The translations under genes and the position numbers were made by a program. This document shows positions 20,421 to 30,754 of a stretch of 62,344 nt of DNA, piece after piece. Under the pieces are notes generated by a model. It worked only from the letters and a program-made list of their open reading frames with translations. It did no database searches and was not told where the DNA came from. Origin of the DNA: a virus (taxonomy: Duplodnaviria; Caudoviricetes); IMG/VR virus record IMGVR_UViG_3300030397_000356, positions 1 through 62,344 of that record. The stretch is one strand, 5' to 3'. How positions within the stretch are numbered: position 1 is the first letter of the stretch; the number at the start of each line of letters is the position of its first letter.

Positions 20421-22070
20421 ATGATAAATGTCAAAATTGAGGAAGTAAGCTCACAGATAAAAGCACCAGTAGACAACAATATGTTTGATAGCTGGAATAG
20501 AGTCCTTCCTGAATATGAGCCAAGACGCAGCCAAATTGCTGTTATGGACTGGATAAATGGATTAGATCCGGCTATCAAACACGTACTAATAGAAGTCCCT
20601 GTTGGTGGAGGTAAATCTCCTTTGGCATTGGCTTATAGCGCATATGTATCTGGAGGTATGGGCAATTCATTTATTTTAACTCCTCAAAAGACGTTGCAGC
20701 GCCAGTATGAAACTTCTTTCAATCGGAGCTTGTTGGCTTCGTTTTATGGGAAGGGAAACTACACATGTGAGCAAAAGAATACTACGTGTGATGTCGGTAG
20801 CGATATAAGTCCTGAATGTTCTGATTGCCCTGCCAAATTGGCTAGGGATGTAGCATTGGCGTCTCCTAATGTGGTAATGAATTACAATTTGGCGCTATCT
20901 TATTTCTCTTATGCAAGTCTGGCCATACCGAAAAGAGACCTGATGGTTTTTGATGAAGCACACACATTAGAATCAAATTTGATCAATTTTAGTGCTGTAA
21001 CTTTTTCAGAACAGAAAGCCAAGCGCTATAATGCGGGCAGGGTGCCATCACCACGTAGCATGAAAGAAGCGATAGATTGGATACAAAAGAAATACGTTCC
21101 GTCATTGGAGTCGTTCTTGAGCAAACTTAAGAAGCAGGTAGCTGAAATCGAGGAAAAGAACAGAGGTAGTTTGACAAAAGAAGAAGTTCAAATTGTTAAA
21201 ACCGCTTTCAGTACTGCTGATCACTTAATACAGGTGATGAAGCTAATAGATACACCTTTGGCGACATTGGAAAATAATTACGTTCTTGTATGTGAAAAAA
21301 GTGGGTTCATATTTAAGCATTTGTATGGAAAAAACAATTTCAAAAGCATTATTTTACCTAAAGCGGATAGATTTCTCTATATGTCATCTACCATATTGGA
21401 TAAAGAGGGCTTCTGCTCTGACCTTGGGATAGATCCAAGAGAAGCCGCCATGATTTCCATTGATTCGGAATTTCCTGTAGAAAACAGACAGGTGATTTAT
21501 GCACCCACAGCTAAGATGAACTATGGATGGAATACACCTGAAAGATCCTTCGGTAGACAGCAAATGATTAAAAAAATTAATCATATCTGCAAATATCACA
21601 AAGACGAATCTGGAGTAATACATACCGGGTCTTTTCAGATATCCCAATGGTTGCTAGATAATATTAAAACTGATCATAAAATAATTCACCACAATCCCAT
21701 GTATGACATTACTAGAGATGATGCCATCGAAGAGTTTATCCAGTTATCAGAAAAGCAGCCCACCTTGCTAATATCACCGTCTGTTACTGAAGGGCTTGAC
21801 CTGATCAATGACAAAGGTCGATTTGGAATTATCGTGAAGATGCCTTACCCGTTTCTAGGAGATATGTGGGTTAAAAAGAGAATGGAGTTGTCAAAGCAAT
21901 GGTACAACCGACAAACTATAACTGGAGTAATACAGGCATGTGGACGAGTGGTTAGGTCCAAAGATGATTGGGGAGTTGTATACATACTGGATGAATGTTT
22001 TGAAGGTTTGTATAATCAGACCAAAAAAATTATCCCGATCTGGTGGAAGAATGCGTTGACAGTGATATGA
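20421..22070 (+). CDS. DinG/Rad3-like SF2 helicase
   Basis: PRRSQ Q-motif, EVPVGGGKS, Cys cluster, DEAH, EGLDL, QACGRVVRSKDDWG. Confidence 0.9.
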   Translation: MINVKIEEVSSQIKAPVDNNMFDSWNRVLPEYEPRRSQIAVMDWINGLDPAIKHVLIEVPVGGGKSPLALAYSAYVSGGMGNSFILTPQKTLQRQYETSFNRSLLASFYGKGNYTCEQKNTTCDVGSDISPECSDCPAKLARDVALASPNVVMNYNLALSYFSYASLAIPKRDLMVFDEAHTLESNLINFSAVTFSEQKAKRYNAGRVPSPRSMKEAIDWIQKKYVPSLESFLSKLKKQVAEIEEKNRGSLTKEEVQIVKTAFSTADHLIQVMKLIDTPLATLENNYVLVCEKSGFIFKHLYGKNNFKSIILPKADRFLYMSSTILDKEGFCSDLGIDPREAAMISIDSEFPVENRQVIYAPTAKMNYGWNTPERSFGRQQMIKKINHICKYHKDESGVIHTGSFQISQWLLDNIKTDHKIIHHNPMYDITRDDAIEEFIQLSEKQPTLLISPSVTEGLDLINDKGRFGIIVKMPYPFLGDMWVKKRMELSKQWYNRQTITGVIQACGRVVRSKDDWGVVYILDECFEGLYNQTKKIIPIWWKNALTVI

Positions 22071-22306
22071 GCTTGGTTGAGATAGATGTTGTTGTATCGG
22101 TTAGAAAAGACAATCCTTATCTTCAAGCATGTTTAGATAGTTTGAAAGATGAACAAATTAACCTGATAGTTCTTCCCGCCTCTGATTGTTTAGGAAATGC
22201 AAGAATTGAGGGATACGAGAAATCCACTGCTCCTTATATCTGCTATATTGACGACGACGATGTTGTTGTTCCGGGAGCATTCGCCCGAGCTAAACTTGAA
22301 CTTTAA
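22067..22306 (+). pseudogene. Truncated duplicate of the GT2 glycosyltransferase N-terminus
   Basis: Paralogous to 23151-23372; homology stops just after YIDDDDVVVPGAFARAK. Confidence 0.8.
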
Positions 22307-22490
22307 TTTAATTGTGACTGATGAGGGAGATGGTGTTTCGAACCCCGGAGAACCCGGAGGTGGAGGCGGTGGAGGAATGTTGCCCCCTATCGGAGGTGGA
22401 ATATTGTAGCCTAAACCATCTGTAGATTTGATTTCACTTTTTTTGAAGAATTCATATAAATATAGACGAGAAAAACTAGAAGATTAAACT

Positions 22491-23135
22491 ATGACAAAAA
22501 AATATTATTTGTATGAAACACCATCAAGCGGGAGACCTTACATGTCTACCACACTTTTAGGTGGTCTTAATCCGTATGGACATGTTTATTCTAACAGTCC
22601 CGGAAACAGACCATCTAGAAAACTAGTTTCAGAAGCGATGCTAGAAAGCGAAAGTTTATATTTTTTTGATGACACTACGAACAAGGTAGGAGAAGAACAA
22701 ACCCCTCCTCTTACACCCAACTCTCTCGGGAACCAACTTAATACAACTGTTTCATATTCTGGAGATTGTTTTACATATAATTTAAGCGGTACACCGTTTA
22801 TCTTTAATCTAGCTTATGCCGGAAGTCCTTTCCCTTATACGTCTAAGCAGGCCGTGGCGGTTGAATTCGATTTAACTTATACCGGGTCAGACCCTTCTTT
22901 TTCTGTAGATGTGACTGTTTTAGACTCTATAGGAAGCAGGACAGAACAAGTAGAATTAACTCCCGGAGTAACTAAAACTATGTCTTTCGTGCTGCGAGAG
23001 CCTATAATTGATTCTGTTTTTGCTATAGAGTTAAGTGGGTCTGGTGGAAACGAATACGAACAGCTTTCCATGTGTAACGTCGTTTCTCTTGAACCGGGCA
23101 CAGGGGGCGATGAGCCAGTAGGGCCTCCACAGTAA
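22491..23135 (+). CDS. Hypothetical late protein (beta-rich, possible virion decoration)
   Basis: 214-aa ORF; TATAAATA at 22455-22462; S/T/P/G-rich. Confidence 0.7.
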   Translation: MTKKYYLYETPSSGRPYMSTTLLGGLNPYGHVYSNSPGNRPSRKLVSEAMLESESLYFFDDTTNKVGEEQTPPLTPNSLGNQLNTTVSYSGDCFTYNLSGTPFIFNLAYAGSPFPYTSKQAVAVEFDLTYTGSDPSFSVDVTVLDSIGSRTEQVELTPGVTKTMSFVLREPIIDSVFAIELSGSGGNEYEQLSMCNVVSLEPGTGGDEPVGPPQ

Positions 23136-23150
23136 AACGTCTATTTTTTA

Positions 23151-23759
23151 ATGCCTGAAATCGGCGTTATCGTGTCAGTTAGGGAAAACAATCCATACCT
23201 TCAAGCTTGCTTAGATAGTTTGAAAAATGAAGACGTGAATTTACTGGTTATACCTGCTGCCGATTGCTCCGGAAATGCAAGAATTGAGGGATACGAGAAA
23301 TCCACTTCTCCTTATATCTGTTATATTGACGACGACGATGTTGTTGTTCCGGGAGCATTCGCCCGAGCTAAAGAGATTATAACTTCCACCGGAGCTAAGA
23401 CATACTACACCAATCACTACGTAGCAGACGAAAATTTAAACCCGTATGGAGTCAGGTTCACTAATTTAGCTCCCAAAGGGCTGAGCCAACACATGCAAAT
23501 GCACCATATAGTTGTGTATAGTAGAGATGTCATAGGCCCTTACATAAAGTACCTAAAAAATGTTACCACTTTCGACAAAAAGATATTGAATTATGCCTCT
23601 ATTTTACATGGCTCAGTAGTTGGAACGACTAAAAAAGAACTATATTGGAGAATACACAAAAACAACAATCATAAGGAAAAAAGCTTTAGAGATAACCCCA
23701 AAGAATGGCATGACGTAGTAAATGGGTTAGAGCTTCAGATAAAAGAAAAGTATAACTGA
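23151..23759 (+). CDS. Glycosyltransferase family 2 (GT-A fold)
   Basis: IGVIVSV...YLQACLDSL...GNARIEG...YICYIDDDD (DxD). Confidence 0.85.
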   Translation: MPEIGVIVSVRENNPYLQACLDSLKNEDVNLLVIPAADCSGNARIEGYEKSTSPYICYIDDDDVVVPGAFARAKEIITSTGAKTYYTNHYVADENLNPYGVRFTNLAPKGLSQHMQMHHIVVYSRDVIGPYIKYLKNVTTFDKKILNYASILHGSVVGTTKKELYWRIHKNNNHKEKSFRDNPKEWHDVVNGLELQIKEKYN

Positions 23760-23767
23760 ACATTTGA

Positions 23768-26713
23768 TTAGCCGAACATTCGTTTAATATCATCGCGACT
23801 ATTTTTTAGGCCCTCTATAGCGTCATACAATTGAGAATCTCTTTTCAGTTTCAAGTAGTTCGCCCGTTCAGTATCATTCATTCTCAAAAACCGCTCTTTT
23901 TCATCTATCGATTCGGACTCTATAAGGTCATTTGTTTTGCTGTTGACTTTAATAAGCTCATCTATTTTTTCTTCTAATAGTTTTATAACTTTTTCTTCTG
24001 ATGCTGTTATATTGTCGTCTTCCAACAGGTAACCCTTCATTTTCTTTAAGGTGTTAACGTCTTTTATTTCTCCAAACTTTGCACTGTTAGCTAGATTTAT
24101 TATTCCTACTTCTGCTGCCATACGATACTTAGAGGCCATAGGATCTGAGGCGTTTTGGCTTTTTCTCATAGCTGTATCAATGTTTATGTTTGATCCTAAC
24201 ATAGGGGCTTTAGCTTTTTCAAGAACTGAAGATGGAGCCATTCCTAACTGAAAAAGATCTGGTCTTTTGCTCTTAAGAGTTGGATCTTCAGCTAATAATT
24301 CTGACGCCAACTGAGACCTTTCGAGCATAAGATCTTCTAAGTTTTTCCCGGACGGCAAATTCATCCCCGGATTTTGTTGCATTTTTATGATAATCCTGTT
24401 CATACTTTCAAGGCTTCTCATTTTTGCCTCTTTGGTTTGGTTGTTAGCTTGTTTTATATCATATAGTCCTTTCCCTATTTGATACGCATCATGTGCTAAC
24501 AATGCTGTCCCTAAGTAAGGAACAGCCCTAGCTCCAAGCCTGCCTGTCATCCCTGCTCCAGAGCCGATGATAGGACGTGCGCTTTTTATGACAGCCCCAC
24601 CGGCTCCCTTGAGCTTACCGAATATTCCTGTTATTCCTTTTAATCCTTTTCTGTATAATATGTGGCCTATAACGCCCCCAACGACATTTGACAGTATATC
24701 AGATAGCCCTGATACAAAAGCACCGGCAGGAGCCCCAAAGCTACTTTTACCAACACCTGAGAGACTTTCTACAGCTTCAAGTATTTTTTTAACGGTGTCG
24801 TTGAGATCTGTCACTTGCTTTGAAGTATTAGCTAAGTCGTCTGATTCTACGTTGACCGTTTTTAGGTCTACTTCTTGAGCCTGCATATATTGTTGTACGG
24901 CTTCCGAGTAGTTGATTCCTCCACCGCGCATGAATTCTGTGAGAACTGTCCTTCTACCAAAATCTCCTCTACTTGCGGCTTCGTCCAAAGCCCTACCACT
25001 TTTCAAATATATTTCACTTTGCAATATTCTGGCTCTGTCTCTTTCTTCTACGCTCAAATCTTTTCCACCGTGCATGTAGTATCTTCGCAAAAGGTCAGCG
25101 TCCCTTCCAGAGATGCCTACTTGTCTAGCCAGAAGCCCTTGATACACCGCTTTTTCCAGAGCCGAGGTAGGGTCACCGTAGGCTGCCTCAGTAAGTTCAC
25201 GAAGCCTTTTCTCTTGAATAGTTAAATCTTGGTTGAGAACTCTTGCTAGTTTCCCTCTTATTTCGATTTCTTTCATCATAGCTCGCATATTTTCTTGTGA
25301 GCCTACATCTCCTATTCCTACCAGTAATGGAAGCATAGTTTCTGGAGAAAGCATTTCTTTCGTGAATCTAGTCATTTCTTCTTGAGAAACTCCTAGACCC
25401 TTGTGAACGTCTTTAATAAATTTCATAGTGTCAGCGATGATATCTACACTTTTATCTGCTCCGACCTGTCTCAATGTGTTCATGACATCTATTGTGTAGC
25501 GAAGAGCTTCTTCCGCTTGTAATCCCATCCTCTTTGCCCCGCTGACAAGTTGTTCAAATTGGCTTGATTCGGTAAATTCTAGTGCCCCAGAATACCCTTC
25601 TCTTTGTCCGAGCCTACGCAATGTGTATCTGTTTTCAGCTAGCTCAGAAAGCAGAGTTTCTTCAGCCACTCCTAACATTATGGCTTCCCCTCTCATGGCC
25701 TCATTGAACGTTGATCCAACGTATCTCTGACGAGCCAACAACATTGATCCTTCCATTTTGGCGGTTATCGCGGTAGCTGCCAGTGTCGCCCCTACACTTG
25801 ATCTTATTGCTTGATTGATTTTTTCTATCTGGTTCCCAAGAGATTCGATACTGTTTTCTATTGCGGCGGATGCTGCCGTCACTGAGCCTCTAAAAGTGTC
25901 GAACACTCTTTCAAAAAAGCGTACACTTTTTTCTTTCGATTCTTTAATTTCATCAGAGAGAGACTGAGCTATTGGATCAATCAGCCTTTTAATAGCTTGA
26001 TCCTTAGAGGCTGCTTGTCTAATTGTATCGTCGCTTAATTCTTTCTTTATTTCTTCAAACGAGTCTGGTATTTTTTTCAGTTCAGACAGATCATTTACTA
26101 GCTGTTTAAGTTTATTTGACGTGTCAGAGTCTTGTTCTAAGGCCAGATGTCTTTTTGCCTCTTTTAGCACGTCACTAATATTAGATAGATCTTTTTCTAA
26201 CTTTTCTTTCGCTATAGGCAGATTAGAACTCTTTAAGTTTTTTTCTATTCTATTTTCAAGTTCTCGTCTCTTGCTTACTGACTCGGCAAGTTCTTTTGCC
26301 TTTTGCTCTACTTTACTTAATGCTTCGTGTATTTTTTTGAGTTCTTTACTGTTCACTCCAGACCGTCTAGTGTATTCTTCGGTCGCCAAAGCAGCATTTT
26401 TGAATGCTTCAGATTGGTTTACTATTTCTTTTTCCAGACGTTTTTTATTTTCTCTAACAGCGTTGACTAGAGAGCCTATGATTGGAACGCCTTCAGCCAT
26501 AGTCTTCCAAAGCTTTGTGTTGGTTCTCGTCATATGCTCAAAAATTTTACGTTGTTTTTCGAGCGAATCTATGTATTCTTCGGTAGAATCCTCAACCGAA
26601 GCGCCGATTCTGTTGAACTTGTTCGATCTGACAAAGCCTTTGGAGGATGTCCCAATCCGCCTGTTTAGTTTATCGATGGCTTCTAGGAGAGCTTTAGATG
26701 TTTGTTGGTCCAA
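23768..26713 (-). CDS. Tape-measure-like protein (gp29-like)
   Basis: 981 aa; helical/coiled-coil with a Gly/Ala-rich amphipathic segment (GRLGARAVPYLGTALLAHDAY); late promoter at 26741-26748 (-). Confidence 0.65.
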   Translation of the reverse strand: MDQQTSKALLEAIDKLNRRIGTSSKGFVRSNKFNRIGASVEDSTEEYIDSLEKQRKIFEHMTRTNTKLWKTMAEGVPIIGSLVNAVRENKKRLEKEIVNQSEAFKNAALATEEYTRRSGVNSKELKKIHEALSKVEQKAKELAESVSKRRELENRIEKNLKSSNLPIAKEKLEKDLSNISDVLKEAKRHLALEQDSDTSNKLKQLVNDLSELKKIPDSFEEIKKELSDDTIRQAASKDQAIKRLIDPIAQSLSDEIKESKEKSVRFFERVFDTFRGSVTAASAAIENSIESLGNQIEKINQAIRSSVGATLAATAITAKMEGSMLLARQRYVGSTFNEAMRGEAIMLGVAEETLLSELAENRYTLRRLGQREGYSGALEFTESSQFEQLVSGAKRMGLQAEEALRYTIDVMNTLRQVGADKSVDIIADTMKFIKDVHKGLGVSQEEMTRFTKEMLSPETMLPLLVGIGDVGSQENMRAMMKEIEIRGKLARVLNQDLTIQEKRLRELTEAAYGDPTSALEKAVYQGLLARQVGISGRDADLLRRYYMHGGKDLSVEERDRARILQSEIYLKSGRALDEAASRGDFGRRTVLTEFMRGGGINYSEAVQQYMQAQEVDLKTVNVESDDLANTSKQVTDLNDTVKKILEAVESLSGVGKSSFGAPAGAFVSGLSDILSNVVGGVIGHILYRKGLKGITGIFGKLKGAGGAVIKSARPIIGSGAGMTGRLGARAVPYLGTALLAHDAYQIGKGLYDIKQANNQTKEAKMRSLESMNRIIIKMQQNPGMNLPSGKNLEDLMLERSQLASELLAEDPTLKSKRPDLFQLGMAPSSVLEKAKAPMLGSNINIDTAMRKSQNASDPMASKYRMAAEVGIINLANSAKFGEIKDVNTLKKMKGYLLEDDNITASEEKVIKLLEEKIDELIKVNSKTNDLIESESIDEKERFLRMNDTERANYLKLKRDSQLYDAIEGLKNSRDDIKRMFG

Positions 26714-26789
26714 TTATTTAAGCACTAAATAGGTCTTATATATTTATATTCGAGTGTTGTATTATCGATTATAAGAATATAGAATAGAT

Positions 26790-27500
26790 ATGGACTCAGG
26801 GTTAAATCAGAAGAATATGGCAAAAAAGCGTAAAAGAAGAACAAAAAAAGATGCATGTTATATCAGCAATAAAGAGCTACTAGAAGAAGTTAAAAAGAGT
26901 CAAAAACAGGGCAAGATGACCGAACGGTTGGGTGAGATGTTAATCATGCTAGCTAGAAGATATTCGTCTCAGGGATCATATTCTGGATACACCTACCGAT
27001 CGGACATGGAATCGTATGCTTTGACTATAGTTTGTAGGGGATGGAAGTCTTTCGATGCTGAACGCTATGATAACCCATTTGCCTATTTTACCCAAGCGAT
27101 AAAAAGAGCGTTTTGGCAGTTTTTGATTTATGAGAAGGGACATAGAAACATTAAAGACGCATTATTACTACAATCAGGAGAACCATCGTCTCACACTTAT
27201 GAAGAAGATCAGAGGGAGGTGATGATAAACGATGAGTTTGTAGAATGTGTGAAAAAGGGAAAAATTACCACATCTATGAAAAACTTGCTAATTCGTGAGA
27301 TATCTAAACGCATAGAAGACAAAGAGGCCGCTTCTAAGATATTAGAAGAGCTATCAGATACAATATTAAACCTGAAGCATGTTGAAGATGACTCAGTTCC
27401 TATGAACCCTTATGATTTTATATTGAGAAATATAAGCATGCTTTCAGAGAAGCATGATCCTACGTTTAAGAAATATTCACCAGAGGACAGCGATGGATGA
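26790..27500 (+). CDS. gp55: Late-transcription sigma factor gp55
   Basis: YISNKELLEEV...YSGYTYRSDM...FDAERYDNPFAYFTQ; upstream of gp47/gp46. Confidence 0.9.
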   Translation: MDSGLNQKNMAKKRKRRTKKDACYISNKELLEEVKKSQKQGKMTERLGEMLIMLARRYSSQGSYSGYTYRSDMESYALTIVCRGWKSFDAERYDNPFAYFTQAIKRAFWQFLIYEKGHRNIKDALLLQSGEPSSHTYEEDQREVMINDEFVECVKKGKITTSMKNLLIREISKRIEDKEAASKILEELSDTILNLKHVEDDSVPMNPYDFILRNISMLSEKHDPTFKKYSPEDSDG

Positions 27501-28546
27501 AAACAGTTAACGCTAAAAAGATCGCCATTTTCACAGACATACATCTAGGAAGAAAAAACAATAGTGACACACATTTACAAGACTGTCAAGATTATATTGA
27601 TTGGTTTATTTCTAATTGCAAAAAACATAAAGTTGACATGATAGTATTTTGTGGAGACTGGTTTGAACAAAGAGACGCCATAGGCGGCAAAACCCTAGAT
27701 AAGTCACACAAGATAATTAAACAACTGGTGGAAGAGCTACAACTACCCTTTTTCCTTATCGTGGGAAACCATGATTTGGTTTATAGGAATACCAGAAATG
27801 CCTTCAACACGGCAATATTTGAGCCCTTTCCAAATCTTTTCCTAGTTGATGACAATGTTAGCTTAAAAATTAATGGAAAAAGAGTCCTGTTTTGTCCCTA
27901 TCTTTTCGAGGAAGAATACAAGGACCAAATAAAGGAAATCAATGCACATGACGTAGTTTTTGGACATTTCGAGTTTAAAGGGTTCGTTCTTACCGGAGAA
28001 TTTAAGGTTCTTGAACATGGACCCGACCCATCAGACTTTACCAAACCCGAAAAGATTTTTAGTGGACATTTCCACAAGAGACAGATTAAAAACAACGTTC
28101 ATTACATCGGAAACACATTCCCAATGGATTATAGTGATGCCAACCAGACAGATAGAGGGATGGCGATATACGATATAGAGCAAGACGAAGTGTTGTATAT
28201 AGATTGGACCGAGGCCCCATGCTATCTTCGATGCAATTTATCAGAACTATTAGAAGACCCAAAAAGCATCCTTAGACCAAAGGCTTCTGTTACGTGTGTG
28301 GTGGATCAAAAAGATGTAAGCTTTGACGATGTTTTAAAAATAAGAAAAACTCTTATGGAAAAGTTTTCTTTAAGAGAACTGCGAATGGAGGAAATGATAG
28401 AAGATTATACTATCTCTGATGATATAGAAGAAGAAGATTTACAATCGGAAAGCACCGATGAGATTGTGTTAAATCTGCTAGATAAAATCACTTCCGAAAA
28501 CATAAGCTCAAAAAAGCTAAAAAAAATCTATAGGGATCTAAGATGA
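27497..28546 (+). CDS. gp47: Mre11-like recombination nuclease gp47
   Basis: TDIHLG, GDWF, GNHD, GHFE, SGHFH metallophosphoesterase motifs. Confidence 0.92.
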   Translation: MKTVNAKKIAIFTDIHLGRKNNSDTHLQDCQDYIDWFISNCKKHKVDMIVFCGDWFEQRDAIGGKTLDKSHKIIKQLVEELQLPFFLIVGNHDLVYRNTRNAFNTAIFEPFPNLFLVDDNVSLKINGKRVLFCPYLFEEEYKDQIKEINAHDVVFGHFEFKGFVLTGEFKVLEHGPDPSDFTKPEKIFSGHFHKRQIKNNVHYIGNTFPMDYSDANQTDRGMAIYDIEQDEVLYIDWTEAPCYLRCNLSELLEDPKSILRPKASVTCVVDQKDVSFDDVLKIRKTLMEKFSLRELRMEEMIEDYTISDDIEEEDLQSESTDEIVLNLLDKITSENISSKKLKKIYRDLR

Positions 28547-30717
28547 TAACATTCAAAAAATTGAAGATACAAAACTTCATGTCATATGGAAACAACATAT
28601 CCGAAATACATTTGCAGAGAACCACTCCTGTCCTTATAACTGGCATAAATCATGATGCTTCAGTGAACGGAGAACTTGATTCTAACGGGGCAGGAAAAAG
28701 CACTATTCTTATGGCAATAACATTTGCCTTGTATGATGTGGCTGCCGGAAAGGAAACAGACAAGAAAGATAACTTAATAAACAACATTAACAAGAAAGAC
28801 ATGTTAGTCGAATTGTCTTTTAGTGTTGGGAAAGATAACTACACTGTGACTAGGTATCGTAAAAACAAGTCTATGGGTGGAACAGGGGTAAAAATTGAGA
28901 AAAACAAAAAGGACATCACCCCGGACAGCATAGCAAACGCGAACAAATATATAGCTGAACAGATTCTTAAGATACCTTATGAGATTTTTAGCAGAATCAT
29001 AACTTACTCTGCAAACGACCAATCGTTTCTTTCTCTCCCCTTGGCCAAACAGAGGGATGTTATAGAAGAATTGTTTTCATATACAGAACTTACTGAAAAG
29101 GCAGAAATACTAAAAGAAAAAATCAAATCTAACAAGATAGATTTAGAATATGCTGTTAAAACCAATGAAGAGATCGTCAAGGAGTATGAAGATCATGAGA
29201 GGGCGTTGATCGAGGCCGAGACTAACTTTTTAACGTGGGAAGAGAAAGTAAAGAAAGAGATGGAAGAGGTAGAAGAAACAATAAACCTTCTTGGATCTAT
29301 AGATTTCGACAGAGAAGAAAAAGTGTTGGAAGAAATAGAAGCCTCTTCAAGACAGATAGAGGCCATAGAAAGTCAAATATCTTTATACCAACGAGACCTT
29401 AGGAGACTCGAAGAAGAACAGCTTCGGTTCAAATCCTATTCTGAATCAAAAGAAAAAAGGTTGTCAGAAATAAAAAATTCTCTCAAAGAATATACAAAAT
29501 ACAGCAACGACGAACTCGAAGCCCAAATAAAACTCTTGGAAGAATTAGAGAGACTCAAAAAGGAGTCTTTAGACATGATGGACAATTACGAGTCTATGAA
29601 AAAAAATAGGAAGCTGGACGAAGGTAGATTGCAAGACCTTAAAGAGCAGAAAAAGATTAGGGAAGACTCAAAATGTCCCACATGTCTTCAAACTTACGTT
29701 GGAGAAAAGGCGGCATCGGAGTTGGAGGAATTGAAGCAGCAGATTGATGACCTTGTTAAGCAGCTAGACAATGCCAAGAAACAAGAGACAGGTGTTTTAT
29801 CTTCCTTAATCGAATACACCAAACAGATTGAGAAACTATCTGATACGATAATTTTTGAATCGCTAGAGTCGGTTCAATCTTATATCAGAGACAGAGACGA
29901 TATGCTAAATCAACTAAACACTCTAGAGTCAGAACAGAATCCGTATGTTGATAAAAGCGACGAGATTGTAGAGTTAAAAAACAAAATTTCTGTTGAACAA
30001 GAAAAACTGAAAGGCATCACCATCGGGACTTCCAAGTTTGAAAACATAAAAGAGCTTTTCAGTATGAGAAACAAATTTGAGCAAGCAGTTGAGAAGAAGG
30101 CGTTGATGGAAAAACAAGAAAATCCTTATGCCGCCATGCTTGAAAGTCTTAAAAATGTGAAGCTTAAAAAGGACAAAACGGAAGAAATAGAGAAGCTGAG
30201 AGATGATATTAAGCACCAAGAATTTCTGTTGAAATTGCTGACGAAGAAGGATTCATTTATAAGAAAAGCCCTCATGGATAAATTTTTACCGTTTTTGAAC
30301 GAGCGCCTTCATCAATATTTAAAAACGATGGGACTTCCTCACGCAGTTTCATTTACTTCGGACCTATCTGTTGACATACGTCAGTTTGACCAGAGCATAA
30401 ACTTTATGGGCCTGTCTTCTGGACAAAAGGCCAGAATAAATATTGCTTTGTCGTTGGCGTTTCGTGATTTGTTGCAGGCTAAACACAATTTCATAAATCT
30501 CTATATTCTTGACGAATGTTTAGATGTCGGATTGAGTAACGTTGGTATAAAGAAAACAGTTAAACTTATAAAAGACGTTGCAGAGCGGTATAAGCTTTCT
30601 ATGTTTGTCATTTCTCATAGAGATGAGATCAAAGACTCTTTCAAGGACCAAATAGTAGTAGAGTTAAAAAACGGTTTTTCCAGTATCAAAACAGGCGGAT
30701 TGGTTACTACCTCTTAA
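28543..30717 (+). CDS. gp46: Rad50-like ATPase gp46
   Basis: NFMSYGN, NGAGKST, coiled coil with CPTC zinc hook, LSSGQ signature, LDE, ISH. Confidence 0.92.
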   Translation: MITFKKLKIQNFMSYGNNISEIHLQRTTPVLITGINHDASVNGELDSNGAGKSTILMAITFALYDVAAGKETDKKDNLINNINKKDMLVELSFSVGKDNYTVTRYRKNKSMGGTGVKIEKNKKDITPDSIANANKYIAEQILKIPYEIFSRIITYSANDQSFLSLPLAKQRDVIEELFSYTELTEKAEILKEKIKSNKIDLEYAVKTNEEIVKEYEDHERALIEAETNFLTWEEKVKKEMEEVEETINLLGSIDFDREEKVLEEIEASSRQIEAIESQISLYQRDLRRLEEEQLRFKSYSESKEKRLSEIKNSLKEYTKYSNDELEAQIKLLEELERLKKESLDMMDNYESMKKNRKLDEGRLQDLKEQKKIREDSKCPTCLQTYVGEKAASELEELKQQIDDLVKQLDNAKKQETGVLSSLIEYTKQIEKLSDTIIFESLESVQSYIRDRDDMLNQLNTLESEQNPYVDKSDEIVELKNKISVEQEKLKGITIGTSKFENIKELFSMRNKFEQAVEKKALMEKQENPYAAMLESLKNVKLKKDKTEEIEKLRDDIKHQEFLLKLLTKKDSFIRKALMDKFLPFLNERLHQYLKTMGLPHAVSFTSDLSVDIRQFDQSINFMGLSSGQKARINIALSLAFRDLLQAKHNFINLYILDECLDVGLSNVGIKKTVKLIKDVAERYKLSMFVISHRDEIKDSFKDQIVVELKNGFSSIKTGGLVTTS

Positions 30718-30754
30718 ACACTGGATAAATACCCCGGTATAGAGCAAATAAAAG

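Noticed and set aside
20234-20440. 68-aa ORF MIDDEEHGAS...
   Set aside because: Spans a perfect hairpin and a promoter, has no clear RBS, and the peptide is dictated by the inverted repeat
22087-23372. Diversity-generating retroelement TR/VR pair
   Set aside because: Differences are largely synonymous and not adenine-specific; no reverse transcriptase in the window
26121-26732. 203-aa plus-strand ORF
   Set aside because: Ser/Leu/Phe-rich antisense shadow of the tape-measure-like gene
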